IMG/VR virus record: IMGVR_UViG_3300026123_000026
Location: 1-26,204 of that record
Strand: one strand, 5' to 3'
DNA length: 26,204 bases
From: a virus
Taxonomy: Duplodnaviria; Caudoviricetes
Part shown: piece by piece, positions 1 to 7,029 of the stretch
Layout: every line of letters begins with the position of its first letter
Position numbering within the stretch: position 1 is the first letter of the stretch
The notes under the pieces: generated by a model
Seen by the model: the letters and a program-made list of their open reading frames with translations, nothing else
What the model was told of the DNA's origin: nothing
Databases searched by the model: none
Program-made: the position numbers and the translations under genes

Positions 1-1
1 A

Positions 2-586
2 GTTGTAGGAGAAGAAAGCTGGGAAGGATTATTAAATGCATATCCAGGCACATACATTCCTAACTCTAGTCAGATTAGATTAAGAACAAGCGAAGATACA
101 TTTGTAGTTGGTACATTTAGTCTAGCATCTGACAGCACAATTATTAATGTTGCATGGGACGAAGATACACTGCCAGATGATACTGTAATCGAAGGACCTG
201 CTAGACCATCTAATGCATGGACAAGTTTTGACTACATTATCGACCCGTTACGATTTAATCCTAATCAAGATAAAACAGCAGGCGTTCGTTTGCTGCTATT
301 AGGCTCAATAGGCGATCCTGCAAACGAAGACGGTGCCGATGGTTGGAAAAACAACGACGGTTCAGACTTTATTGCAGACGAAAACGATATTGTAGAATGG
401 GACGGATCACGTTGGCACATTGTATTTGATGCAAGTGGTGCAAATGATGGTAGCACATCTTCACCTGCAACATATATGAGTAATCTTAACACCGGCGTTC
501 AGTACAAATGGGACGGCGAGTTTTGGTTACGTTCATACGAAGGCGAATACTCAGGAGGCGCATGGCACATATATCTTGAAGGCTAA
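2..586 (+). CDS. 5'-truncated phage structural protein, C-terminal part (possibly the extended C-terminus of a gp15-like tail completion/neck protein)
   Basis: The frame of ORF 290..586 is open back to base 2 (VVGEESWEGLLNAYPGTYIPNSSQIRL...DYIIDPLRFNP...LLLLGSIGD), so the listed TTG start is internal. Trp-rich motifs NDIVEWDGSRW and QYKWDGEFW are typical of virion proteins. The gp15-like identity is inferred from recalled gene order, not from a motif in the window. Confidence 0.6.
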   Translation, partial: VVGEESWEGLLNAYPGTYIPNSSQIRLRTSEDTFVVGTFSLASDSTIINVAWDEDTLPDDTVIEGPARPSNAWTSFDYIIDPLRFNPNQDKTAGVRLLLLGSIGDPANEDGADGWKNNDGSDFIADENDIVEWDGSRWHIVFDASGANDGSTSSPATYMSNLNTGVQYKWDGEFWLRSYEGEYSGGAWHIYLEG

Positions 587-594
587 TTATTAGT

Positions 595-1032
595 ATGAAA
601 GATATAGTATGTAGCGGTGCGTTAATCTACGCCTTAAATACCAAAAGATTTTTGTTTCTTCATAGAACGCAAGGCAGGCACAGAGATACCTGGGGCTTAG
701 TAGGCGGCACTAACGAAGATGGCGAAACTCCGTGGATTGCACTCCAAAGAGAAATACAAGAAGAAATCGGTTCTGTTGATATTACTAAAACTGTTCCACT
801 AGAAAGTTTTGTCAGTAACGACAGTAGATTTCACTTCCATACATATCTGTGTTTTGTAAACGAAGAATTCTTACCCAATTTAAATCTAGAGCATGACGGA
901 TATGCTTGGGTAACATTCGGCAAGTGGCCAAAAGGATTACATCACGGATTACGAAACACACTACAAAACAAATCTAACCAGAATAAAATAAAAACAGTTG
1001 TACAAGTACTAGAGGTATTAAATGAGCAATAA
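595..1032 (+). CDS. Nudix hydrolase
   Basis: Exact Nudix box GX5EX7REUXEEXG (GTNEDGETPWIALQREIQEEIG), preceded by WGLVGG; downstream LNLEHDGYAW. Confidence 0.93.
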   Translation: MKDIVCSGALIYALNTKRFLFLHRTQGRHRDTWGLVGGTNEDGETPWIALQREIQEEIGSVDITKTVPLESFVSNDSRFHFHTYLCFVNEEFLPNLNLEHDGYAWVTFGKWPKGLHHGLRNTLQNKSNQNKIKTVVQVLEVLNEQ

Positions 1033-1381
1033 TGTTGTAAAAACAGAGTTTGGATACGAGATAACTTGGTCAAAGACCGATAACTATACATCTAAAATAA
1101 TAGTATTCGAAAGTCCTAAAAAAACATCAATGCACTACAGAGATTTAACTGATAGATCTTGGTTTGTAAATTCTGGAAATTTTAGGTTTAGATGGATAGA
1201 TACAAAAGATGGCAAAATTTATCAACAAGATTGTGCCGAAGGATCAACTTTCCATGCTCCTAAAAAAATGCCAATTAGTTATGAATGTGTTGCAAGCAAC
1301 GGATCTTTATCCGAAACGTCTACTACAACTGTTGAAGACGACATCCGTGTCATTATTCCAGCAGAAAATATAGGTAATTAA
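1022..1381 (+). CDS. Cupin-fold (mannose-6-phosphate isomerase-like/RmlC-like) protein with degenerate metal ligands
   Basis: FGYEITW...YTSKIIVF...TSMHY...WFVNSGNF resembles small phage cupins (recalled consensus WGxExIW...SxHxH...ExWxVxxG). Overlaps the Nudix stop by 11 nt, suggesting translational coupling. Confidence 0.65.
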   Translation: MSNNVVKTEFGYEITWSKTDNYTSKIIVFESPKKTSMHYRDLTDRSWFVNSGNFRFRWIDTKDGKIYQQDCAEGSTFHAPKKMPISYECVASNGSLSETSTTTVEDDIRVIIPAENIGN

Positions 1382-1383
1382 CA

Positions 1384-1653
1384 ATGTCTTTAAATGATTT
1401 AAAAATTCCTAATTACGAGAGAGACATAAAAATGTTCGAATTTGAAATTAATAACTTAAAATCCGAAAAAGGTAAAAAGTTATGTAATGATATTCTTGAA
1501 CAAATAAAACAACAAATGGATATAATCAAAAGAGGTCATAGCAGCTATAACGGCGGGTTTCTAAACCCTCAGTTCGTGAGAGAGAATGTTAATACGCTAT
1601 GTTCTTTAAGAAATAAACTTAAAAAATTAATATCACAATCAAAGCGCACTTAA
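1384..1653 (+). CDS. Hypothetical helical protein
   Basis: 89 aa ORF starting 2 nt after the upstream stop; Lys/Leu-rich amphipathic helices; no family recognised. Confidence 0.65.
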   Translation: MSLNDLKIPNYERDIKMFEFEINNLKSEKGKKLCNDILEQIKQQMDIIKRGHSSYNGGFLNPQFVRENVNTLCSLRNKLKKLISQSKRT

Positions 1654-2550
1654 ATCTTTGATTGTTATCGGACCTACCATACTAGCGTGTACTTGACACT
1701 GATATCTAAAGTTCGGCGGACTTGCTGTTGTTTCTGGAATTCTCCAATACAAAGTTCCGCTGTCTTTTCCTTGTGCATTTGCACCTGTCGAAACTATACC
1801 CGACGATGAAACATGTACTAATCCTTCGTTGTAAGGATCTCCTAAACTATCTTGTATTTCGAACGGATGGCCAGGAATTGCATCTAAATCAAAGGCTACT
1901 GTCATGCCACTGATTAAATAAATTGTAGGATTATTCCCACTATAATGCGGAGCAAATGTGTAGGAACTTGTTCCTACATTATCAACTCTAAGCATTACAT
2001 AAGCAGGTTCATAAATCTTATCAATAGTTAAACTTGCATTTTGAAAATCTGTTAAGTCTCCACTACTGTTAACTTCTGGACCAGAATAACTAATCGACAC
2101 AGTATCTCCAATTATGCTAGTTGTTATTCCTGTGCCGCCCGATATAGTTAAAGAATCAATTGTATTATCAGCAGTAGTTGTTCCGTTATCAGCGTTTATT
2201 GTAGCAAATAAGTTTTGTAGTGCGCCGCCTTCTGATCCTCCAGAAACAGAAGCAAAGGCAAATATACCATCGCCGTTTGTTGTTAGTACCTGGCCAGATG
2301 TTCCGTCTGTTATATTTAAATCTAACAAAGATGTTGGAATAATATTTGTTGTGTCAGTTAATTCACTGACATCGTTAGGTATTAACTCTTGGTTGTCTGA
2401 CAGATCACTAATGTCTGTTGGAATACTAATAGTCCCTGTGTCAGCTGTAGCAGCTATAACATTCCAGGAAACACCATCCCATTTCCAAGTTGTTGTGTCA
2501 AGAGTATATGTATCGTCTATTGTCGGTGAATTTGGAAAGTTTATAGCCAT
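1639..2550 (-). CDS. Virion fibre/decoration protein with C-terminal cupredoxin-like domain
   Basis: N-terminal MAINFPNSPT...TWKWDGVSW phage-fibre motif, short IPTDISDL/IPNDVSEL/IPTSLLDL repeats and a GTSGQVLTTNGDG motif. C-terminus has GHPF...YQCQVHASMVG (H...C-x2-H-x2-M). AGGA upstream of the ATG. Confidence 0.75.
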   Translation of the reverse strand: MAINFPNSPTIDDTYTLDTTTWKWDGVSWNVIAATADTGTISIPTDISDLSDNQELIPNDVSELTDTTNIIPTSLLDLNITDGTSGQVLTTNGDGIFAFASVSGGSEGGALQNLFATINADNGTTTADNTIDSLTISGGTGITTSIIGDTVSISYSGPEVNSSGDLTDFQNASLTIDKIYEPAYVMLRVDNVGTSSYTFAPHYSGNNPTIYLISGMTVAFDLDAIPGHPFEIQDSLGDPYNEGLVHVSSSGIVSTGANAQGKDSGTLYWRIPETTASPPNFRYQCQVHASMVGPITIKDLSAL

Positions 2551-2562
2551 TGTATAATCCTA

Positions 2563-3744
2563 TTAAGCATATGAAGTTAAACTTGCAATAACTTGTTCTA
2601 CTGCATCGTTAAAAATTAAGATAGTTACGCTAAGAACATTAATTTGATTTGCTGTTCCTGCAGGTATGCCAGTTCCGCCTTGCCATTTTACTTGTTGATT
2701 AGATCCGTTTACTTGTAAATTTGAAATCATATAAGGAGTTGCTCCTTGATCTAAAATAATCGCATACGAAATTGTTTTTGTACCAGTAACGTCAACATTA
2801 GCAAAATTTGCAACAAAGTTTCCTGTAATGTTTGTTAGATAAAATACACTTTCAGTTTGTGTACTGTCAGTATTAAATGTAACTGAACTTGATGCACTAT
2901 CAATGTTATGAGCATATTCATAAGTTCTAGACAAATAACTAGCATCTGTTGCTATCAAGGACGGCAATGTTAGTAACCCGTTCGAATTTATAGAAGCAAC
3001 TATTGTACTAGTATCGTTGTTAACAACTTCTAAAGCATTATTCAATGCCGAAGCTGTAACAGTTAGTTGATCGAAACTAGTCGGTTTATTAGTTAAATCG
3101 TTATAATCGCCGCTAAACCCTGTCTGAGCAGAAAAAGTAATAGTATTTGTTTCAGGGTCTGCTATAATCTGTATTCCTGAACCTTCTAGAAGTGTTAACG
3201 AATCTATTCCAGATGCAGTAATTATACTAGAGTCACTTACTGCAACACTAGAAAACAAACTAGGTATAGGAATACTAGGCTGAACCCATTGACTAGAATT
3301 ATCATCAGTTACATATACGTATAATTTACCGTTATTGGAATTAAACCAAATATTACCTTGCTCTGGTTCAGTCGGTGGATTAATTCCTATATCAACACTT
3401 GCGCCGCCTGTAAATCCACTCGATTCTGCTTTTAATAAAAATTCTTCGTCTGTTACGTTTGATAAATCAGCTTGAGCAAATGCACTTAGAGATTCAACTG
3501 TTGCATAACTAGTCAAATCAACGTTTGATAGATCTGCGTTTGCAAATATAGCAGTGTTAACATTTGTTAAATCTGCACGAGCAAGTTCGCTACCGCCTTG
3601 AGTGTTTCCGTCATATAAACGTAAACTTCCTGTGTTTTTATTAAAGAAAATTTCACCACTTGAACCTACATTTCTGTCTAAGAAATCATCTGTTCTAGGA
3701 ATAATTCTTATTCTATTTACTACTGGCGAAGCAGAACTTGTCAT
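2563..3744 (-). CDS. Tail fibre-like protein with Mtd_N/hyaluronidase-N-like head-of-fibre motif
   Basis: GEIFFNKNTGSLRLYDGNTQGG resembles the major tropism determinant N-terminal motif. Also three (A)xADL(S/T)NV repeats, PPTEPEQGNIWFNSNNGKLYVY and FSGDYNDLTNKP, all common fibre motifs, and a beta-rich C-terminal domain. Confidence 0.7.
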   Translation of the reverse strand: MTSSASPVVNRIRIIPRTDDFLDRNVGSSGEIFFNKNTGSLRLYDGNTQGGSELARADLTNVNTAIFANADLSNVDLTSYATVESLSAFAQADLSNVTDEEFLLKAESSGFTGGASVDIGINPPTEPEQGNIWFNSNNGKLYVYVTDDNSSQWVQPSIPIPSLFSSVAVSDSSIITASGIDSLTLLEGSGIQIIADPETNTITFSAQTGFSGDYNDLTNKPTSFDQLTVTASALNNALEVVNNDTSTIVASINSNGLLTLPSLIATDASYLSRTYEYAHNIDSASSSVTFNTDSTQTESVFYLTNITGNFVANFANVDVTGTKTISYAIILDQGATPYMISNLQVNGSNQQVKWQGGTGIPAGTANQINVLSVTILIFNDAVEQVIASLTSYA

Positions 3745-3747
3745 CTA

Positions 3748-3936
3748 TTAACCCTCAGATTGTTCAAATGTCCACTTTGCCAACGGACAGTGTGACTCTT
3801 TTAATTTTACTTTTGCTTTCATGAAGCATCCGCACTCTTTACATTGTGCTGTTAATTTAATAAATTTATCGCACTCTTTGCACATATTATATCGTTCTTG
3901 TGCTACTTCTTTTTTAACAAACAATTTATTCAACAT
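3748..3936 (-). CDS. Small Cys-rich metal-binding protein (DUF6171-like)
   Basis: R-x3-CKEC-x9-CKECGC...K...CPLAKW. The likely start is the ATG at 3936, which overlaps the upstream stop, rather than the TTG at 3948. Confidence 0.72.
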   Translation of the reverse strand: MLNKLFVKKEVAQERYNMCKECDKFIKLTAQCKECGCFMKAKVKLKESHCPLAKWTFEQSEG

Positions 3937-4306
3937 CGTAATCTTCAAATTCTATCCATTGCTGAGTTTCTTCGTCCCAATCGTAAAGTGCGTCTCTACT
4001 TGGCATAGGAGTTGGCGGTTCCCATTTACAAGTTTCTTCATCTAACTTCCAACTATCGTAAGGTTTTGGTTGAATGAATGCATCCCTGCCTTTATCGTAA
4101 ACTGAACCCCTTCCTGCAAAGTTTTTTCTAAAATTTCTATTGTAGCTAGTTTGCATCCACGTACCTGGAAGACCAATAACATTTTTTATGTATTTTTGTC
4201 CAGCATATTCGCTATCTGGAAATTCTAAATCTCCTAGCGATTTGTTATCAATTACAATAACTTGTATTACAACGTTGTTTTCATCTATTCTTGCAAAATG
4301 TGCCAT
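3926..4306 (-). CDS. Conserved phage protein associated with Gly-rich fibre genes (possible fibre assembly chaperone)
   Basis: MAHFARIDENNVVIQVIV...WMQTSYNRNFRKNFAG...YD...DAFI.PKPY.SW.LDEETC.WEPP.P.P...W.EE...W is a recognisable phage family. The chaperone role is inference. Confidence 0.7.
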   Translation of the reverse strand: MAHFARIDENNVVIQVIVIDNKSLGDLEFPDSEYAGQKYIKNVIGLPGTWMQTSYNRNFRKNFAGRGSVYDKGRDAFIQPKPYDSWKLDEETCKWEPPTPMPSRDALYDWDEETQQWIEFEDYDVE

Positions 4307-4555
4307 TTAATTCGCCTCGGGTTTTAAAACTGTACCAGTATTAACTGTAGGTAGATCAAGATCATCAGGACATATTGCATACAATTCATTATTAACAATT
4401 TCGTATGTGCATCCTTTAAATCTCTTATTGTATTTAATTTTAACGTAATTTAATGCAGCTTCGTCTGAGCTTAGATCAAAGTTTATAGATGAAGCAACAT
4501 TGTAAATATCTTCCCACTGTCCGTCTGCATATACCATTACTAATTCATTTTGCAT
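4307..4555 (-). CDS. Hypothetical protein
   Basis: 82 aa ORF that tiles exactly between its neighbours (1 nt and 0 nt gaps). Confidence 0.65.
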   Translation of the reverse strand: MQNELVMVYADGQWEDIYNVASSINFDLSSDEAALNYVKIKYNKRFKGCTYEIVNNELYAICPDDLDLPTVNTGTVLKPEAN

Positions 4556-4556
4556 A

Positions 4557-5243
4557 TTATCTCACCCAAATTACAATCTTTTCTGCTCTATCTTGAATAC
4601 TACCTGCGCATCTGTGGTTAATTGCCGGACCACCTTCGCAACCCGCATACCAAGATTGCACACAACTTTGTTCGTAATAGTTTGACCAGCCGCCTACAGC
4701 GCCAGAACATCCTCGTCCTGCACTAGTATATGTTCCGGACCAGCCACCGTTTGTTCCCCACTTACGTCTAAAGGTAGCACCAGCTGATGAAAAGTTTGAT
4801 CCCCAAGCAAACGGATCGTCAAACTCGTTCCACTGTGCGCCGCGAGTAGTTATATTTCCATCGGAAAATACGCTATTAGAGAACCCTACCGAACGTTGCC
4901 ACCAAAAGCTTCTAGTAGTTTTTTCACCATCATTAAGCATGTTTTGTATAACACTATCTGCAAATTTATTTTGAGTTGCGTCAAACGGCGTAGGTATCCC
5001 TCCAACTGCATCAGCAACATAGCAACTACTTAATCTAGGAAAACACGTAAATGCACACATCCAGCCGCCGCCATCTGTTTCCATATCGCAATACACTTCT
5101 AGTGGTGATGATGAGCCCGATGGCTGTATCCAATATATCCCACTTTTCTTGTTAGCATCTCTGATATCCTTAGCTCTTTTAGCCGGAAAGTCTGGTGTGA
5201 GTCCTAGACCAGCGTTACTTGTTATTCTAAAATTTAACGACAT
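4557..5243 (-). CDS. Fibrinogen-like (YCDxxxxGGGW) domain protein
   Basis: SGIYWIQPSG...LEVYCDMETDGGGWM is the signature start of the fibrinogen-C/intelectin-type domain; 8 Cys; AGGGGA RBS upstream. Confidence 0.82.
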   Translation of the reverse strand: MSLNFRITSNAGLGLTPDFPAKRAKDIRDANKKSGIYWIQPSGSSSPLEVYCDMETDGGGWMCAFTCFPRLSSCYVADAVGGIPTPFDATQNKFADSVIQNMLNDGEKTTRSFWWQRSVGFSNSVFSDGNITTRGAQWNEFDDPFAWGSNFSSAGATFRRKWGTNGGWSGTYTSAGRGCSGAVGGWSNYYEQSCVQSWYAGCEGGPAINHRCAGSIQDRAEKIVIWVR

Positions 5244-5258
5244 GTTTTATATTTCCCC

Positions 5259-5945
5259 TTATGGTATCCACATACTCATAGTTATACCAGGCTGTGGACT
5301 AGGTTTGATTTGTTCAAATAATGGTATTTTACTACCACAAATGCTAACTAATAAACGACTGTCTCGACTGGATAGTTGTCCAGACGATCTAAATGCTTCA
5401 ATTTTACTACCAAATTTATTTTGCAATACATCTGCAAACACACTAGAATTTCTATTTGGTTCGTCGTAAGTATTTAGTATAAGCATTTCGCCTTCTTGGA
5501 AAGTTTCAAGGTATGCTTTTGCGTTATTAGCTTCCGAAGTTAGTCCGTACACATCGTATCCGTTTGTATCAACAAATGTCCAAAATCCGTTTGCGTCTTT
5601 CCTTAATTTAGTCATACGATACGATCTAGGTGAGTTAGCACTTACAACTGTGGTTCCGTCTATTTGTATAAATTGTCTTCGTCCTGCGCCTGTTAGATTG
5701 TTGAGACCTTGAGACTCAACTTGAATTAACACATGAGGAGTGTAAGGCGGAGCATCTCGATAATTATCATTAATTACCCAGTCACTGCGAGCCTTCCAAC
5801 CTATTGAATTATTCCATTCAAATACATTTTTTGTAGAATTTATACGCATTTGACCAGCCTGAGCATTAATTCTCTGACCTTGAGTTCCGACAGGCTGTTT
5901 AATAAAGCCCGAATCGTTTATACTTGTCTTATTTAAATCAGCCAT
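5259..5945 (-). CDS. Adhesin-like protein: shared N-terminal fibre module plus ILEI/PANDER (FAM3/GG-type lectin)-like domain
   Basis: N-terminus is homologous to the two upstream genes. C-terminal RSY.MTKL...GYDVY...AKAYLETFQEGEMLILNTYDEP...FGS...RDSRLLV fits the ILEI pattern (FDxY...L..F...G..V...TxDE). Confidence 0.65.
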   Translation of the reverse strand: MADLNKTSINDSGFIKQPVGTQGQRINAQAGQMRINSTKNVFEWNNSIGWKARSDWVINDNYRDAPPYTPHVLIQVESQGLNNLTGAGRRQFIQIDGTTVVSANSPRSYRMTKLRKDANGFWTFVDTNGYDVYGLTSEANNAKAYLETFQEGEMLILNTYDEPNRNSSVFADVLQNKFGSKIEAFRSSGQLSSRDSRLLVSICGSKIPLFEQIKPSPQPGITMSMWIP

Positions 5946-7029
5946 TTCTTATTCTCTCATTATACCATCTAACTATTACAATACCTGAGCCGCCTGTTGC
6001 GTTATCACCATTAGAGTAGTGACCAGCGCCACCTCCGCCTCCACCGGTGTTTGCTCCGCCTGCACCGCCGTCGCCTGGGTCAGCAGTAGTGCCATTTCCA
6101 CCTGGACTTCGGCTAAATCCGCCCGGGCCGCCAAATCCGTTTAATGAGTTAATGTTGTTTGACGAATGGCCACCACCGCCGCCACCGCCGATGCCGCCGT
6201 CGCCGCCTGAGCCAGCTGTACTACTATTATAGTTGCCGCCACCGCCACCGCCAGCATACCAGTATCCGAATGGGCAAACCCAACTTCTTCTACCAGCGCC
6301 GCCGTGTGCAGGTGTTGTACTTCCGCCGTTAACTGCATCGTCTCCAGGATAGCCAGCGCCGCCGCCTCCTGATCCAGTTGTAGGAGTGCCTGATCTAAGA
6401 TTTATAAACACGCCGCCGTCGTTGCCTTGTCCCGGCTCTGCAAGTTGACGTTGTTGTGTATCACCAGTATGTGGTCCGCCTTGTCCGCCTGCTGAGCCGC
6501 CTGGGTTACCTCGGTATCCGTTGTAGCTTCCACCGCCACCGCCACCGATAGCAGTTAAACCAAATACAGAACTGTCTGTTCCGTTGTTTACAGCCGCAGC
6601 AGGTCTATTAGGTGTACCAGCGCCTCCGGGTCCTACAAGAACTTGATATGTTCCGCTGTTTACTTCTAATGCTTGCTCAATATAGCCTCCGGCACCACCA
6701 CCGCCGCCGACATAATAGCCTCCGGCGCCGCCTCCTGCAACTACTAATACTTCGACAGTTCCGCCGTGAATAATATTAATATTACCACTTCCTAAATATG
6801 TGAAAATAGTATGATTACCACGACTTTCGTCAGTATAACCTGTACCTGTTGCTCTCACAAGTCCATCTTCTGCTATCCACGAAGTTCCATTATAATATTC
6901 AACAACATTGTATTCTGTGTTATATCTCATTTCGCCTGCCGAAGGACTAGTAGGCCTCTGAGCAGTAGTTCCGGAGGGTAAATCTATAAACCCTGTATCA
7001 TTAATGGTTGTATTTTTAAGAGTTGCCAT
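5938..7029 (-). CDS. Glycine-rich adhesin-like virion protein
   Basis: Shared N-terminal LPSGTTAQRP...GEMRYNT...VEYYNGTSW module; VLVVAGGGAGG...GGGGAGG...GGSGIVIVRW glycine-rich domain. Confidence 0.8.
   Translation of the reverse strand: MATLKNTTINDTGFIDLPSGTTAQRPTSPSAGEMRYNTEYNVVEYYNGTSWIAEDGLVRATGTGYTDESRGNHTIFTYLGSGNINIIHGGTVEVLVVAGGGAGGYYVGGGGGAGGYIEQALEVNSGTYQVLVGPGGAGTPNRPAAAVNNGTDSSVFGLTAIGGGGGGSYNGYRGNPGGSAGGQGGPHTGDTQQRQLAEPGQGNDGGVFINLRSGTPTTGSGGGGAGYPGDDAVNGGSTTPAHGGAGRRSWVCPFGYWYAGGGGGGNYNSSTAGSGGDGGIGGGGGGGHSSNNINSLNGFGGPGGFSRSPGGNGTTADPGDGGAGGANTGGGGGGAGHYSNGDNATGGSGIVIVRWYNERIRNG

Noticed and set aside
265-492. 75 aa - strand ORF
   Set aside because: Antisense to the truncated + strand structural gene, which is open from base 2.
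2563-3744. Diversity-generating retroelement suggested by the Mtd_N-like motif
   Set aside because: No reverse transcriptase and no template/variable repeat pair with adenine-specific mismatches seen in the window; the motif is a generic fibre N-terminus.
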